From Mobula hypostoma (Eukaryota): a DNA stretch of 64,000 bases. The translations under genes were made by a program, and so were the position numbers. Positions 37,438 to 50,199 of this stretch are shown in pieces; the stretch's first letter is position 1, and the number at the start of each line of letters is the position of its first letter. The notes under the pieces were generated by a model. The model searched no databases. It had not been told where the DNA came from and saw nothing but the letters and a program-made list of their open reading frames with translations. The stretch covers positions 61,878,001 to 61,942,000 of the forward strand of contig NC_086097.1 in the NCBI RefSeq assembly GCF_963921235.1. The letters are read 5' to 3'.

Positions 37438-39628
37438 CTACTTTTCCCTTTCAGGGTTCTTTTGAAGACCCTGACCTGGAATTACACGCTGACTTTGGTT
37501 CTTTGTGGGAATGGGACCCATTCCCAGGGTTTCACAATTAGTCATTATCTGATATGCCTGGGGTTCTAAGAGTTCAGCTTGCCTTTGGAGGACTAAGATC
37601 TTGAGGCTCTGGAGATGGGCAGATTGAAGGTCGGTGTCCCAACAGACTGGTGTGTTGTGGGAGCTGGAAGATCTTTGGCTGTAGGCCCAGATACCTGAGA
37701 TCTCTGGGCACAGAGCTCGGAAAAACTGACGCAACAAACTTTTAACATCGTAAACCAACGAGTTGTTTGTCATGTCTCCCGTCTCACTATGAGACGGAGA
37801 CACCTCTTTCTCCCTTATTAGGGAAAAAGAGAACCTGTGGTATGTTGAATACCGGCTGAATGCATAGTCTTTGAAGTACTGCAAGTCTGTGTCAACAGAC
37901 AATAGACAATAGGTGCAGGAGTAGGCCATTCGGCCCTTCGAGCCAGCAACGCCATTCACTATGATCATGGCTGATCATCCACTATCAGTATCCAGTTCCT
38001 GCCTTATCCCTATAACCTTCGATTCCGCTATCTTTAAGAGCTCTATCTATCTCTTTCTTGAAAGCATCCAGAGACTTGGCCTCCACAGTCTTCTCGGGCA
38101 GAGCATTCCATATATCCACCACTCTCTGGGTGAAAAAGTTTTTCCTCAACTCGTTTCTAAATGGCCTACTCCTTATTCTTAAACTGTGGCCTCTGGTTCT
38201 GGACTCACCCATCAGCGGGAACATGCTTCCTGCCTCCAGCATGACCAATCCCTTAATAATTTTATATGTTTCAATAAGATCCCCTCTCAGCCTTCTAAAT
38301 TCCAGAGTATACAAGCCCAGTTGCTCCAATCTTTCAACATATGACAGTCCCACCATCCCAGGAATTAACCTCGTGAACCTATGCTGCACTCCCTCAATAG
38401 CAAGAATGTCCTTCCTCAAATTTGGAGACCAAAACTGCACACAGTACTGCAGGTGTGGTCTCACCAGGGCCCTGTACAGCTGCTGAAGGACCTCTTTGCT
38501 CTTATACTCAGTTCTCCTTGTTATGAAGGCCAGCATGCCATTAGCTCTATTCACTGCCTGCTGTGCTTGCATCCTTGCTTTCAATGACTGATGTACAAGA
38601 ACACCTAGATCTCGTTGTACTTCCCCTTTTCCTAACTTGACTCCATTTAGATAATAATTTGACTTTCTGTTCTTAACACCAAAGTGGATAATCTCACATT
38701 TATCCACATTAAACTGCATCTGCCATGCATCTGCCCACTCACCCATCCTGTCCAAGTCACCCTGCAATCTCATAACATCCTCCTCACATTTCACACTGCC
38801 ACCCAGCTTTGTCTCATTGGCAAATTTGCTGATGTTACTTTTAATTCCCTCATCGAAATCATTAATATATATTGTAAACAGCTGTGGTCCCAGCACTGAA
38901 CCTTGTGGTACCCCAATGGTCACTGCCTGTCATTCCGCAAGGGACCCGTTAATCGCTACTGTTTGTTTTCTGTCAGCCAGCCAATTTTCAATCCATGTCA
39001 GTACTCTGTCCTCAATACCATGTGCCCTAATTTTGCCCACTAATCTCCTATGTGGGACTTTATCAAAGGATTTCTGAAAGTCCAGGTACACTACATCCAC
39101 TGGTTCTCCCTTGTGTATTTTAATAGTTACATCCTCAAAAAATTCCAGAAGATTAGTCAAGCACGATTTCCCCTTCGTAAATCCATGCTGACTCGGACCG
39201 ATCCTGTTACTGCTATCCAGATGGGTTGTAATTTCATCTTTTATAATTGACTCCAGCACCTTTCCCACCACCGACATCAGGCGCACCGGTCTATAATTCC
39301 CTGCTTTCTCCCTTCCTCCCTTCTTGAAGAGGGGGACAATATTAGCTACCCTCCAATCCACGTCTTTGCTGTTGATTTTGCTGTGTGCTTGAATGCTTGG
39401 TGGCGGGTGCTGATGTTTTTTTTTGCCAGTGTGAGGGGCAGGGATCGTTGCTTGCTGCTGCTTACGCGCGGGAGGGAAGGGAGCTGGGGGTAACTTTGGG
39501 GTTCTAGCATTTAAGTGTTATTCATTCTTCTGGGCACTCCTCTGTTTTTGTGGATGGTTGCAAAGAGGAAGCATTTCAGGATGTATATTGTATACATTTC
39601 TCTGACATTAAATGTACCTTTGAAACCT
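37438..39628 (+). mobile_element. Non-autonomous retroposon (37438-37893 plus 39362-39628) split by a younger CR1
   Basis: Non-CR1 sequence on both sides of the inner CR1, joined at ..GTGTC|GTCTTTG; ends ATTAAATGTACCTTTGAAACC. Confidence 0.55.
37894..39361 (-). mobile_element. Young 5'-truncated CR1 LINE
   Basis: ORFs 38930-39361 and 37985-38923 are in one frame with a single stop; (CTATTGT)n tail at ~37894-37911. Confidence 0.93.
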
Positions 39629-41380
39629 GACCAGGTTCATTTCCCAATACCAGATCAAGTACAGCCTCTCCCTTTGTAGGTTTATCTACATATTGTGTCA
39701 GAAAACCTTCCTGAACACACGTAACAAACTCCACCCCATCTAAACCCCTTGCTCTAGGGAGATGCCAATCAATATTGGGGAAGTTAAAATCTCCCATCAC
39801 GAAAACCTTGTTATTATTGCACCGTTCCAGAATCTGTCTCCCTATCTCCCTATTTCCATTTTGTCAAATGAAAATGCCATACCCAAGTTTTGCAAAGCCC
39901 ATCTGTCTTTTTATACCATCTGTGATAAAGTAGCTAGGGAGCTAGATTGCATGGAGGTTGAAGGAATTCTTTTGAAAGTTGAGTAGAGCCAATGAACAAT
40001 GCCAGTGGTCTCATAGCCAAGAAGGATGGGTTTGTCAGGATCTGTGGCAATATTAAGTTCACCATCAACCCAGTACTGAAAGTAGATCAACAACCTCTGC
40101 TCAGGATAGAGGATGCCTTTGTAAATCTTTCTGGAGGAAAACACTTCAGCAAAATGGACTTAGCTGAGGACTACTTGTAGATGGAGATGGGAGAAGAGTC
40201 TAAAGTGTTTCTCACCATAAACACCCACAAAGGGCTTTATTGCTGGAAGAGGCTTATTCTTGGGGTAACATCTGCTCCTGCACTCTGGCAGAAAGCTATA
40301 GACCAGGATCTGCAGGGCTACCCAGGTACTCAGTGTTACCTGGATGATGTCATTGTTACCAGTAAGGTTGGCAAGGAATATCTCCAAATCTTAAGACAAT
40401 GTTAAAAAGACGAGAAGATCAGGGGCTGTGAGCACAATGCAACAAGTGTGAATTATTTAAACCAAGCATCATTTACTGTTGACACTACTGACATGCAAGG
40501 ATTACACAAGTTTGCTAAGAAAATTCAAGCAGTGGTAGATGCTCCAAGACCAAAGGGCATGTCACAGTTTTGATCTTACTTAGGATTTGTCAATTACTGT
40601 AACAGGTTCCTTCCAAACCCAGCTACTCTGCTCCACACCTGGTACTCACTACTGCAGATCAGAAAGAAATGGCAATGGGCAAAGCAGTGTGAAGTAGCTT
40701 TCCAAAAGACAAAGGAAGTAGTGACATCAGACACTTCATTCACACATTATGATCCACATCGTCTAGTGAAGCTTGCCTGTGATGCTTCGCCTTATGGTAT
40801 AGTTGCAGTCATGTCACGATTTGCATGACAGAAGTGAATGCTCCATAGCCTTTACATCACTTTCCCTTACCACCGCAGGGAAAAATTACACACAGATTGA
40901 CCGAGAGGCCTAAATCTGGTTTAGGGTGTAAAATGTTTCAAACAGCACTTGTATGGGAGAGAGTTTACCCTCATTACTGATCATCAACCACTAGTGTCCA
41001 ATTTGAATCCACAACAGCACTGTCTCAGGTCTACATGGCCACCCAAAATGGCTGGACTGTACAGCAGACATTCCAGTTCCCCCATTTTTACCACCACGGA
41101 GATAAACCTGCCCTTAACGGAGGTTGCCTTATGAGCAGATTGAGGGTTGTTGTACCATCCAAACTGTTGTATTCATTATGAAGGATAATGCACAGTGCAC
41201 ACCAGGAGGCCAGCTGCTGGATATTCAACTGAACTTTACTGATACTCTGCTTGTACAGTACGTGAACTCTTCCCATGTGGAGTGGCTAACTGAGTGACAC
41301 AGGAATAACACTATCAACTACCACACAATCTTCCCCTTCTTGAAAAAAAGAAAAAACTAGGTATGTACTGGTACTTTTGT

Positions 41381-42058
41381 GATGGAGGAGGAGAAGATGG
41401 CGGCGCGACGGCGGCGCGCGTGGCCTCTCCGGTGAATGATATCTGTAATCTGTCAAGTAGGGTACCGTGCACAATTCTGATTCGATGGAGACAGATGTAA
41501 GAGTATGGAGGAACATCTGGAGAAACTTCTGAAATGCCTGCTTCGCTGCCGCTGTTACTGTGTGGTCCGGAATCTCTGGAGCAGAAGGCCCCATATCCTC
41601 GGCTTTGCTTGTTTCAGCGGCCGGGGTGAGGTCGAAGGCGCTCGGGAGGCTGTATCAGAGGGGCTGGTCAGAGGCTCGAAGTTTTCGGATGGACGGACTC
41701 AGTGTCGGCTGTGGTCAGCTGCTTCCAAGGCATCAGCAAGTTGACGGTGCCTGGAGGTTTATGGCAGGGAGTTTCTCCTTTTTGCCGCCTGCTATCAGGG
41801 ACTCGGGAGTCAATCGACTCGGGGACATTGAGACTTTTTTTACCGTGCCCATGGTTTGTTCTTCATCAAATTATGGTATTGCTTTGCACTGCTGTAACTA
41901 TATGTTATATTTATGTGGTTCTGTCAGTGTTAGTCTTTGGTTTGTCCTGTTTTTCTGTGATATCACTCTGGAGAAACATTGTATCATTTCTTAATGCATG
42001 TATACATTTCTAAATGGCAATTAAGGAGGACTGAGTGTTTTCATAATCTATATATCTA
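41381..42058 (+). mobile_element. ~650-bp non-autonomous retroposon, copy 2
   Basis: Same family as 30735-31410; CpG-rich 5' end GAGAAGATGGCGGCGCG; approximate TSD TACTTTTGT/TACTTCTTGT. Confidence 0.85.
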
Positions 42059-43783
42059 TACTTCTTGTCCATAGAAATGCATTGAAATTATAGTCACTGA
42101 AACTGAGCGATTCAGTTCACTTTAACTTTTGCTCCTTACATAAACATTAAAAAAAATGCCAACATTATAACTATCTTTCTCTTTGCTTTCACTGGTCTCT
42201 CACTCTCTTTGTTTTCCTCCTTCTTTTCACCACAAGTTCCTTTTTTAAGAACAGTCTCATTTTGTGAAATGTTTTCAATATTAGAACTCTTTTTCAAAAA
42301 CTCTAAATCTAGTGGAGTTCAGAGTAGACTACCCGAACACTCCGGCAAAGTGAAAGGATTACTCTGCCTCATTATTCACTTGCCCTAAGCTATTAGGCTA
42401 TGTAGTATATATCTAAACAACCCGATCTGGTATAGGTTCCTGGAATTGTTGGAGCAGATGGAGATTCTTGAAAAAATGTGTTCACCTCAGGTAAATGTCC
42501 TCATCATAAGGATCAGGTCACTTTATTTTTTACAGTACCTTTCATGGACTTTGAAGATGTTCCACCTGATTTCACCTTGTGATGTTCTGATCACAAACAA
42601 TCTTGGTGCATGCTGTCTTACTGCTGTTCCCTTGGTGGATTTGACTGATGATTTTGGCATGTGTAGAAGCAAGAATGATGAGTCTGGAGCCCTTTAGCAG
42701 CAAACCATCAAGAATGGTGAGTGTGTCTCTTTCAAGCCAGTAAGGTCTGAGTTCATGAGCTCTTTTTGGAACAGCTAGCCATCCATGCACACAGTATGGT
42801 ATGACCCTGCTGCAGATTTGGTCCTTTTTCAACTCAGCAAAAATTACGTCCATTTGAGGCACAAAAGCTTTCATGTACCTGACCTAAGTAGATGTTGGTA
42901 TCTTCCATGAGGACAGGTCAGCTTCTGTGCACTTATTTTTGCATGGCATCCTTGACAGATGTCTGGTGTTGTGGAGATTTGCCGGGAATATTTTCAAAGT
43001 CGTAACAGTATTGCATAATCTTGATTCTGAATCTTTGCAGACATGGAGGTAAGTCATCCAAGTGTTTTGAGCTAAGGAGGCTGACAAGTGGCTTGCAATC
43101 TGTTTCAAGTATAAATTTCGTGCCTGTGAAGTAGCACCTGAAGCGTTCACAAGCCCACATAAGAGCCAGCATCTCCTTTTCAATTTGGGCATTACATTGT
43201 TCAGTAGGAGTCAGTTCTCTTGATTCATAGGCCACTGGTTTCCATACACCACTGCAGTTTTGCATGAGCTCTCCCCTTAGGCCAAAGGAAGAGGCATTTA
43301 CTGGGTCCTTGGTTAGGCATTGTTTGGAATGCTAATGTTGGAGGAAAGTTAAGCTCCGTTTTAGGTGATGAGAATGGCTTCTCCTGTGGTGCATCCCAGG
43401 TCCAAACATTTTTCTGAGAGATGAGGTATCATAGTGGCTTTGTTGCTTTCTGCCAAATTTGGAATTAACTTTCCCAGCTAGATTACCATGCCAAGGAAAC
43501 GACGGATCTCTGCTACATTCGTAGGTTGTTTCATGTTCCGAACTCCTGCCAGTTTGTCTGAATCTGGCTGAACCCTTCTGAGGACAGTTGGTGGCCTCAG
43601 GACTTCCCCTCCAACTGTGTAAATTCACATTTCTTTTTGTTCAGGGTGTTTCCAGCCAGTTCCATTTCCTCCAAGGCACTTTCCACTCTTCTGTCATGTT
43701 CCTCATTGAGCCTCCAAAGATGAGTATATTGTCCATGTGGCAGACTACTTCCAGTCCCTCCACAATTTGATTAATTCTCATCC

Positions 43784-44201
43784 TCTTCTCCATGGATTGT
43801 CACCTTGTCGTGGTGGAGGAGCTTGTGTGGTCCTGTGATCTCGAGAGCAATGCTGTCTAGAGCTATGCTCCTGGTAGTGTCACCCATAGTGGTAAGGTCA
43901 AGGGTGAGGTCCCTGACAAAGAACAATCCAACCAAGACCTCAACGGTGGAACTGGCGGACAAAGTTACTTCGAACTCAATGGCTGTGAAGTCGGATGACG
44001 GCTGCAACAAATCCTTCAGCTCCAGTCGTTGTGGTTTCCATGCCATTGGAATCAGGTGGTTAATTTGTGCTTCATGTGCTTCTTGCAGTGCAACATCAAG
44101 TACACATTAAACAAATACACACACAGGCATCTTCACTCTGTGGGCCACTTCTTCAGAACGAAGACCATCATCCTCGACCTCGAGGGATAGCCGTGACAAC
44201 G
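43784..44201 (+). mobile_element. RTE-derived bipartite non-autonomous retroposon
   Basis: Perfect 11-bp TSD AATTCTCATCC (43773-43783, 44202-44212); 5' GTCACCTTGTCGTGGTGGAGG resembles RTE 5' UTRs; 3' CATCCTCGACCTCGAGGGATAGCC plus a GAC-type tail resembles RTE 3' ends. Confidence 0.78.
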
Positions 44202-46166
44202 AATTCTCATCCGAGAGGGTTCAGGGGCTGCAGAGTTGCTAATAGGGAATTTATTGAATGCATAGTGTCCATTTGGTGTGATAAAGGTTGTGAGGTTCTG
44301 TGACTCAGGAAATAAACAGATCTGCCAGAACCCTGAGTTTGCATCTAGTTTGATGAAGCACTTGCTCCAATCTGCATACCCAATGTGTGCTCAACAGAGG
44401 ACACAATAAACTTCTCCCACCGCATTGCATTATTCAATTTTGTAAGATCAACACATATCCTCACTGTGACATCTGGCTTGGGAACAAGAACTATATACGC
44501 ACACAGTCAGTAGGTCCATTCAAACTAGTTTTGATGTCAAGTGTCTCCCTTTTGGTTGTTCTCCAATCTTGGCAACTTACTTGAAAATGTTTCCTCACCA
44601 TACAAGGAAACATAATCAGTGCAATATTAATTGTGGTGCTCTCTGAATGCTTGGCCTTTATATAGAAACATAGAAAATAGGTGCAGGAGTAGGCCATTCA
44701 GCCCTTCAAGCCTGCACCACCATTCAGTACGATCATAGCTGATCATCCAACTCAGAACCCTGTACCTGCCTTCTCTCCATACCCACTGATCCCTTTAGCC
44801 ACAAGGGCCATATTTAACTCCCTCTTAAATATAGCCAATGAACTGGCCTCAACTGTTTCCTGTGGCAGAGAATTCCACAGATTCACCACTCTCTGTGTGA
44901 AGAAGCTTTTCCTCATCTCGGTCCTAAAAGGCTTCCCCTTTGTCATCAAACTGACCCCTCGTTCTGGACTTCCCCAACATCGGGAACAATCTTCCTACAT
45001 CAAGCCTGTCCAATCCCTTTGGAATTTTATATGTTTCAATCAGATTGCCCCTCAATCTTCTAAATTCCAGAGAGCACAAGCCTAGTCGATCCACTTTTTC
45101 ATCATCTGAAAGTCCTGCCACCCCAGGAATCAATCTGGTGAACCTTCTTTGTACTCCCTCTATGGCAAGAATGTCTTTCCTCAGATTAGGGGACCAAATC
45201 TGCACACAATACTCCAGGTGTGGTCTCACCAAGGCCTTGTACAACTGAAGTAGTACCTCCCTGCTCCTGTACTCAAATCCTCTTGCTATGAATGCCAGCA
45301 TACCATTAGACTTTTTCACTGCCTGCTGTACCTGCATGCCCACTTTCAATGACTGGTGTATAATGACACCCAGGTCTCGTTGCACCTCCCCTTTTCCTAA
45401 TCGGCCACCATTCAGATAACAATCTATTTTCCTGTTCTTGCCACCAAAGTGGATAACCTCACATTTATCCACATTAAATTGCATCTGCCATGAATTTGCC
45501 CACTCACCTAACCTATCCAAGTCACCCTGCAACCTCTTAGCATCCTCCTTACAGCTAACACTGCTGCCCAGCTTCGTGTCATCTGCAAACTTGGAGATGC
45601 TGCATTTAATTCCCTCGTCTAAGTCATTAATATATATTGTAAACAACTGGGGTCCCAGCACTGAGCCTTGTGGTACCCCACTAGTTACTGCCTGCCATCC
45701 TGAAGAGGTCCCATTTATTCCCACTCTTTGCTTCCTGTCTGTCAACTAATTCTCTATCCACATCAATACCATATCCCCAATACCATGTGCTTTAAGTTTG
45801 CACACTAATCTCCTGTGTGGGACCTTGTCAAAAGCCTTTTGAAAATCCAAATATACCATATCCACTGGTTCTCCCCTATCCATTCTACTAGTTACATGCT
45901 CAAAAAATTCTACGAGATTCGTCAGACATGATTTTCCTTTCACAAATCTATGCTGACTTTGTCCAATGATTTCACTGCTTTCCAAATGTGCTGTTATCAC
46001 ATCTTTGATAACTGACTCTAGCATTTTCCCCACCACCGATGTCAGGCTAACCAGTCTATAATTCCCCGGTTTCTCTCTCCCTCCTTTTTTAAAAAGCCGG
46101 GTTACATTAGCCGCCCTCCAATCCTCAGGAACTAGTCCAGAATCTAAAGAGTTTTGAAAAATTATC

Positions 46167-48354
46167 TTTTCCTCTCTTTCGTGGTACTCGACAAGGCTGT
46201 CCTCTTAGTCCCCTATTATTTGATATTGCATTAGAACCTCTTGCAATTGCTATTCGAGAATCTTCAAATATTACTGGGATAACTCGGGGATTAAAGTCCC
46301 ATAAATTATCACTCTATGCTGATGATTTACTTTTATATATTTCTAATCCTGAGAGATCTATTCCTGTTGTTTTAGAGTTATTAGCACAATTTGGTCTTTT
46401 CTCAGGTTATAAATTAAATCTTAGTAAGAGTGAACTTTTTCCGATTAATAAACATCTTTCCTTATATTATAAATTTCCATTTAAATTGATTAATAATTAC
46501 CTTTCATATCTTGGGATTAAAATTACTTGTAAACATAAAGATTTATTTAAGACTAACTTTTTACCATTAATAGACCATATTACTCAACTTTCATCTAAAT
46601 GGTTTCCCTTATATTTAACTTTGATTGGTCGTATTAATGCAGTTAAGATGTTTTTTTTGCCAAAATTTTTATATGTGTTTCAGGCATTACCAATTTTCGT
46701 TCCTAAATCTTTTTTTGATAAAGTCGACTCTAAAATTTCTTCATTTATTTGGCAGAATAAGAATCCGAGACTGGGTAAAATACATTTACAGAAAGCTAAG
46801 AGAGATGGAGGTTTAGCATTACCTAACTTTAGATTTTATTATTGGGCTATTAATATTCGACATATGAAATTTTGGTTACTTGACCGGGATATACTATCTA
46901 TTCCTAAATGGGTAGCATTGGAATTACAATCTGTTCAGGGTTATACACTTGGTTCTATTTTAGGTTCATCTCTTCCTTTTGATTCGAAACGCTTTAAGCA
47001 GGTCTCTAACCCGATCGTTAAATATGCTTTGCGTATTTGGTTTCAATTCAGAAAATTTTTTGATCTTAATCAATTCGGGTTAGCGATTCCTATTTTAGGT
47101 AACATATTTTTTCCTCCCTCTTTTACGGATCGCGCTTTTCAAACTTGGAAGACTAAGGGTATTTTACGGTTTTTGGATTTATTTTTAGATGGTTCCCTTA
47201 TGTCTTTTGAACAATTATCTAATAAATATAACTTATCAAGAATACATTTTTTTAGATATTTACAAGTTAGAAATTTCCTAAGTACTATACTTTCTTCCTT
47301 TCCAATGCTTCCTCCTATATATATTTTAGATTCGATAATTAACCTTAATCCATGTCAGAAAGGTGCATCGGCTATGATTTATAATATTATTATGAAACTT
47401 AGGAAAGCTCCATTTGATAAGATTAGGGTAGATTGGGAACAGGAATTGGGGCTTACCATTTCTGTGGATGATTGGGGGCAGATTTTACAATTAGTTAATA
47501 CTTCCTCTATTTGTGCTAAACATTCCCTAATTCAATTTAAAGTGGTGCATAGAGCACATATGTCCAAAGATAAGTTAGCGCGTTTTTACTCGCATATTAA
47601 TCCTTTCTGTGATAGATGTTCGGGGCAGATAGCCTCTTTAACTCATATGTTTTGGTCTTGCCCTACTTTGGAAACTTTTTGGAGAGATATTTTCAATATT
47701 ATTTCTAAGGTATTAAATATAGATATCTCTCCTCACCCTATTACTGCTATCTTTGGACTACCTAAAATTTCTAGTAATCTTTCCCCTTCAGCCCGTAGAA
47801 TGATTGCATTTCTTACTTTAATGGCGAAAAGATGTATTTTACAACATTGGAAAGAGCTTAATGCTCCAACTACCTTTTTTTGGTTTTCTCAGACGATTTT
47901 ATGTTTGAATCTGGAGAAAATTAGAAGTAACCTTTATGATTCTTCATTTAAATTTGAACAGATTTGGGGACCTTTTATTCGATATTTTCATTTAATGTAA
48001 TATTTACCCTTCTTGTTTTTTTTCACTGTTTTAATGGAGGTGGGGATTGAGGACGTGATTTTAAGTTTAACTCTGTTTGGTTTCAAGTTAGCCCATTGCT
48101 TTGCTTTGCTTTTAGTTAGTTGCACGGTGGGTTTTTTTTGGGGTTTTTTTTTCTTTTTTTCCATTGATATATATAAAATCTAGTATACTATTATGTTATC
48201 TTGGTTTCTTATGCTTAAATTACATTGTTTGTAGTATTTTCTTTTTGGTATTGTTATCTTTTGGAATTTTATTATACTTTAACATTGTATTAATGTTTAT
48301 ATGGCTTACCTTTTTTGTATACTTACTCAATAAAAAGATTTAAAAAGAAAGAAA
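46167..48354 (+). mobile_element. 5'-truncated L1-clade LINE, young insertion
   Basis: 11-bp TSD GAAAAATTATC (46156-46166, 48355-48365) at a TTTT/GAAAAA site; AATAAA at 48329-48334; A-rich (GAAA)n tail. Confidence 0.95.
46168..48000 (+). CDS. L1 ORF2 C-terminal part (RT from [11 protein letters not shown] and YADD to the Cys-rich CDRC..HMFWSC domain), no start codon
   Basis: The 504-aa ORF 46486-48000 extends upstream in frame without stops to the truncation point by manual translation ([29 protein letters not shown]). Confidence 0.88.
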   Translation, partial: FPLFRGTRQGCPLSPLLFDIALEPLAIAIRESSNITGITRGLKSHKLSLYADDLLLYISNPERSIPVVLELLAQFGLFSGYKLNLSKSELFPINKHLSLYYKFPFKLINNYLSYLGIKITCKHKDLFKTNFLPLIDHITQLSSKWFPLYLTLIGRINAVKMFFLPKFLYVFQALPIFVPKSFFDKVDSKISSFIWQNKNPRLGKIHLQKAKRDGGLALPNFRFYYWAINIRHMKFWLLDRDILSIPKWVALELQSVQGYTLGSILGSSLPFDSKRFKQVSNPIVKYALRIWFQFRKFFDLNQFGLAIPILGNIFFPPSFTDRAFQTWKTKGILRFLDLFLDGSLMSFEQLSNKYNLSRIHFFRYLQVRNFLSTILSSFPMLPPIYILDSIINLNPCQKGASAMIYNIIMKLRKAPFDKIRVDWEQELGLTISVDDWGQILQLVNTSSICAKHSLIQFKVVHRAHMSKDKLARFYSHINPFCDRCSGQIASLTHMFWSCPTLETFWRDIFNIISKVLNIDISPHPITAIFGLPKISSNLSPSARRMIAFLTLMAKRCILQHWKELNAPTTFFWFSQTILCLNLEKIRSNLYDSSFKFEQIWGPFIRYFHLM

Positions 48355-50199
48355 GAAAAATTATCACTAATGCAGCCACTATTTCTTGGGCTACTTCCTT
48401 AAGCACTCTGGGATGCAGACCATCTGGCCCTGGGGATTTATCTGCCTTTAATCCCTTCAATTTACCTAACACCACTTCCCTACTAACATGTACTTCCCTC
48501 AGTTCCTCCATCTCACTAGACCCTCTGTCCCCTACTATTTCCGGAAGATTATTTATGTCCTCCTTAGTGAAGACAGAACCAAAGTAGTTATTCAACTGGT
48601 CTGCCATGTTTTTGTTCCCCATGATCAAGTCACCTGTTTCTGACTGTAAGGGACCTACATTTGTTTTAACCAATCTTCTTCTTTTCACATATCTATAAAA
48701 GCTCTCACAGTCAGTTTTTATGTTCCCTACCAGCTTTCTCTCATAATCTTTTTTCCCTTTCCTAATTAAGCCCTTTGTCCTCCTCTGCTGGACTCTGAAT
48801 TTTTCCCAGTCCTCAGGTGTGTCGCTCTTTCTGGCTAATTTGTATATTTCTTCTTTGGAATGGATACTATCTCTAATTTCCCCCGTCAGCCATGGGTGCA
48901 CTACGTTCCCTGGTTTGTTCTTTTGCCAAACTGGGATGAACAATTGTTGTAGTTCATCCATGTAATCTTTAAATGCTTGCCATTGCATATCCACCATCAA
49001 CCCTTTAAGTATCATTTGCCAGTCTATCTTAGCTAACTCAAGTCTCATACCTTCAAAGTTACCCTTCTTTAAGTTCAGAACCTTTGTTACTGAATTAACT
49101 ATATCACTCTCTATCTTAATGAAGAATTCCACCATATTATGGTCACTCTTACCTAAGGGGCCTCGCACGACAAGATTGCTAACTAACCCCTCCTCACTGC
49201 TCAATACCCAGACTAGAATGGCCTGCTCTCTAGTTGGTTCCTCGACATATTGGTTCAGAAAACCATGCTGCATACATTCCAAGAAATCCTCTTCCTCAGC
49301 ACCCTTACCAATTTGGTTCACCCAATCTATATGTAGATTGAAGTCACCCATTATAATTGCTGTTCCTTTATTGCACGCATTTCTAATTTCCTGTTTAATG
49401 CTATCCCCAACCTCACTACTACTATTAGGTGGCCTGTGCACAACTCCCACCAGCGTTTTCTGCCCTTTAGTGTTATGCAGCTCTACCCATATCGATCCCA
49501 CATCCTCTCGGCTAATCTCCTCTCTAACCAGCAATGCTACCCACCTCCTTTTCTTTCATGTCTATCCCTGCTGAATATTGAATATCCCTGAATGCTGAGC
49601 TCCCTTCCTTGATCACCTTGGAGCCATGTCTCTGTGATCCCAACTATATTATATTCATTAATAACTATCTGCAGTTTCATTTCATCCACCTTGTTACGAA
49701 TGCTCCTTGCATTGACACACAAAGCCTTCAGGCTTGCTTTTACAGCACTCTTAGCCCTTATACAATTATGCTAAAAAGTGGCCCTTTTTAATTTTTGCCC
49801 TGGATTTGCCAGCCTGCCACTTTTACTTTTCACCTTACTACTTTTTGCTTCTACCCTCTTTTTACACCCCTCTGTATCTCTGCACTTGTTCCCATCCACC
49901 TGCAACATTACTTTAAATCCTCCTGAACAACAGTAGCAAACGCTCCCCCTAGGACGTTGGATCCAGTCCAGCCCAGGTGCAGACCATCCTGTTTGTACTG
50001 GTCCCACCTCCTCCAGAACTACGTTCCAATGCCCCAGACATCTGAATCCCTCCCCCTTGCACCATTTTTCAAGCTACGTATTCATCTGAAATAGCCTCCT
50101 ATTTTTACTCTGACTAGCAAGTGGCACTGGTAGTAATCCAGAGATTATTACCTTTGTGGTCCTACTTTTTAGTTTATCTCCTAACTCCCTAAATTCATA

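Larger units (their letters stand above)
35523..39860 (-). mobile_element. CR1 LINE inserted in Gypsy A (pieces 35523-37437 and 39626-39860)
   Basis: GDFNFPNIDW..LDLVLGNEPGQV, YMDFSKAFDKVP, FADDTKVGG, RFTRMLPG. Gypsy reading KGKI|LSNENAIPKFCKA is restored across the insertion. Confidence 0.88.
44662..50195 (-). mobile_element. Long CR1 LINE (end of ORF1, endonuclease, RT, 3' tail) interrupted by L1
   Basis: CVNARSIRNKVDE, GITETWL, IMGDFNLHIDW, SDHN, KSPGPDG, FADDTKLG in ORFs 49537-49722, 48323-49534, 45746-46036 and 44924-45745; (TTTCTATG) tail. Confidence 0.93.
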
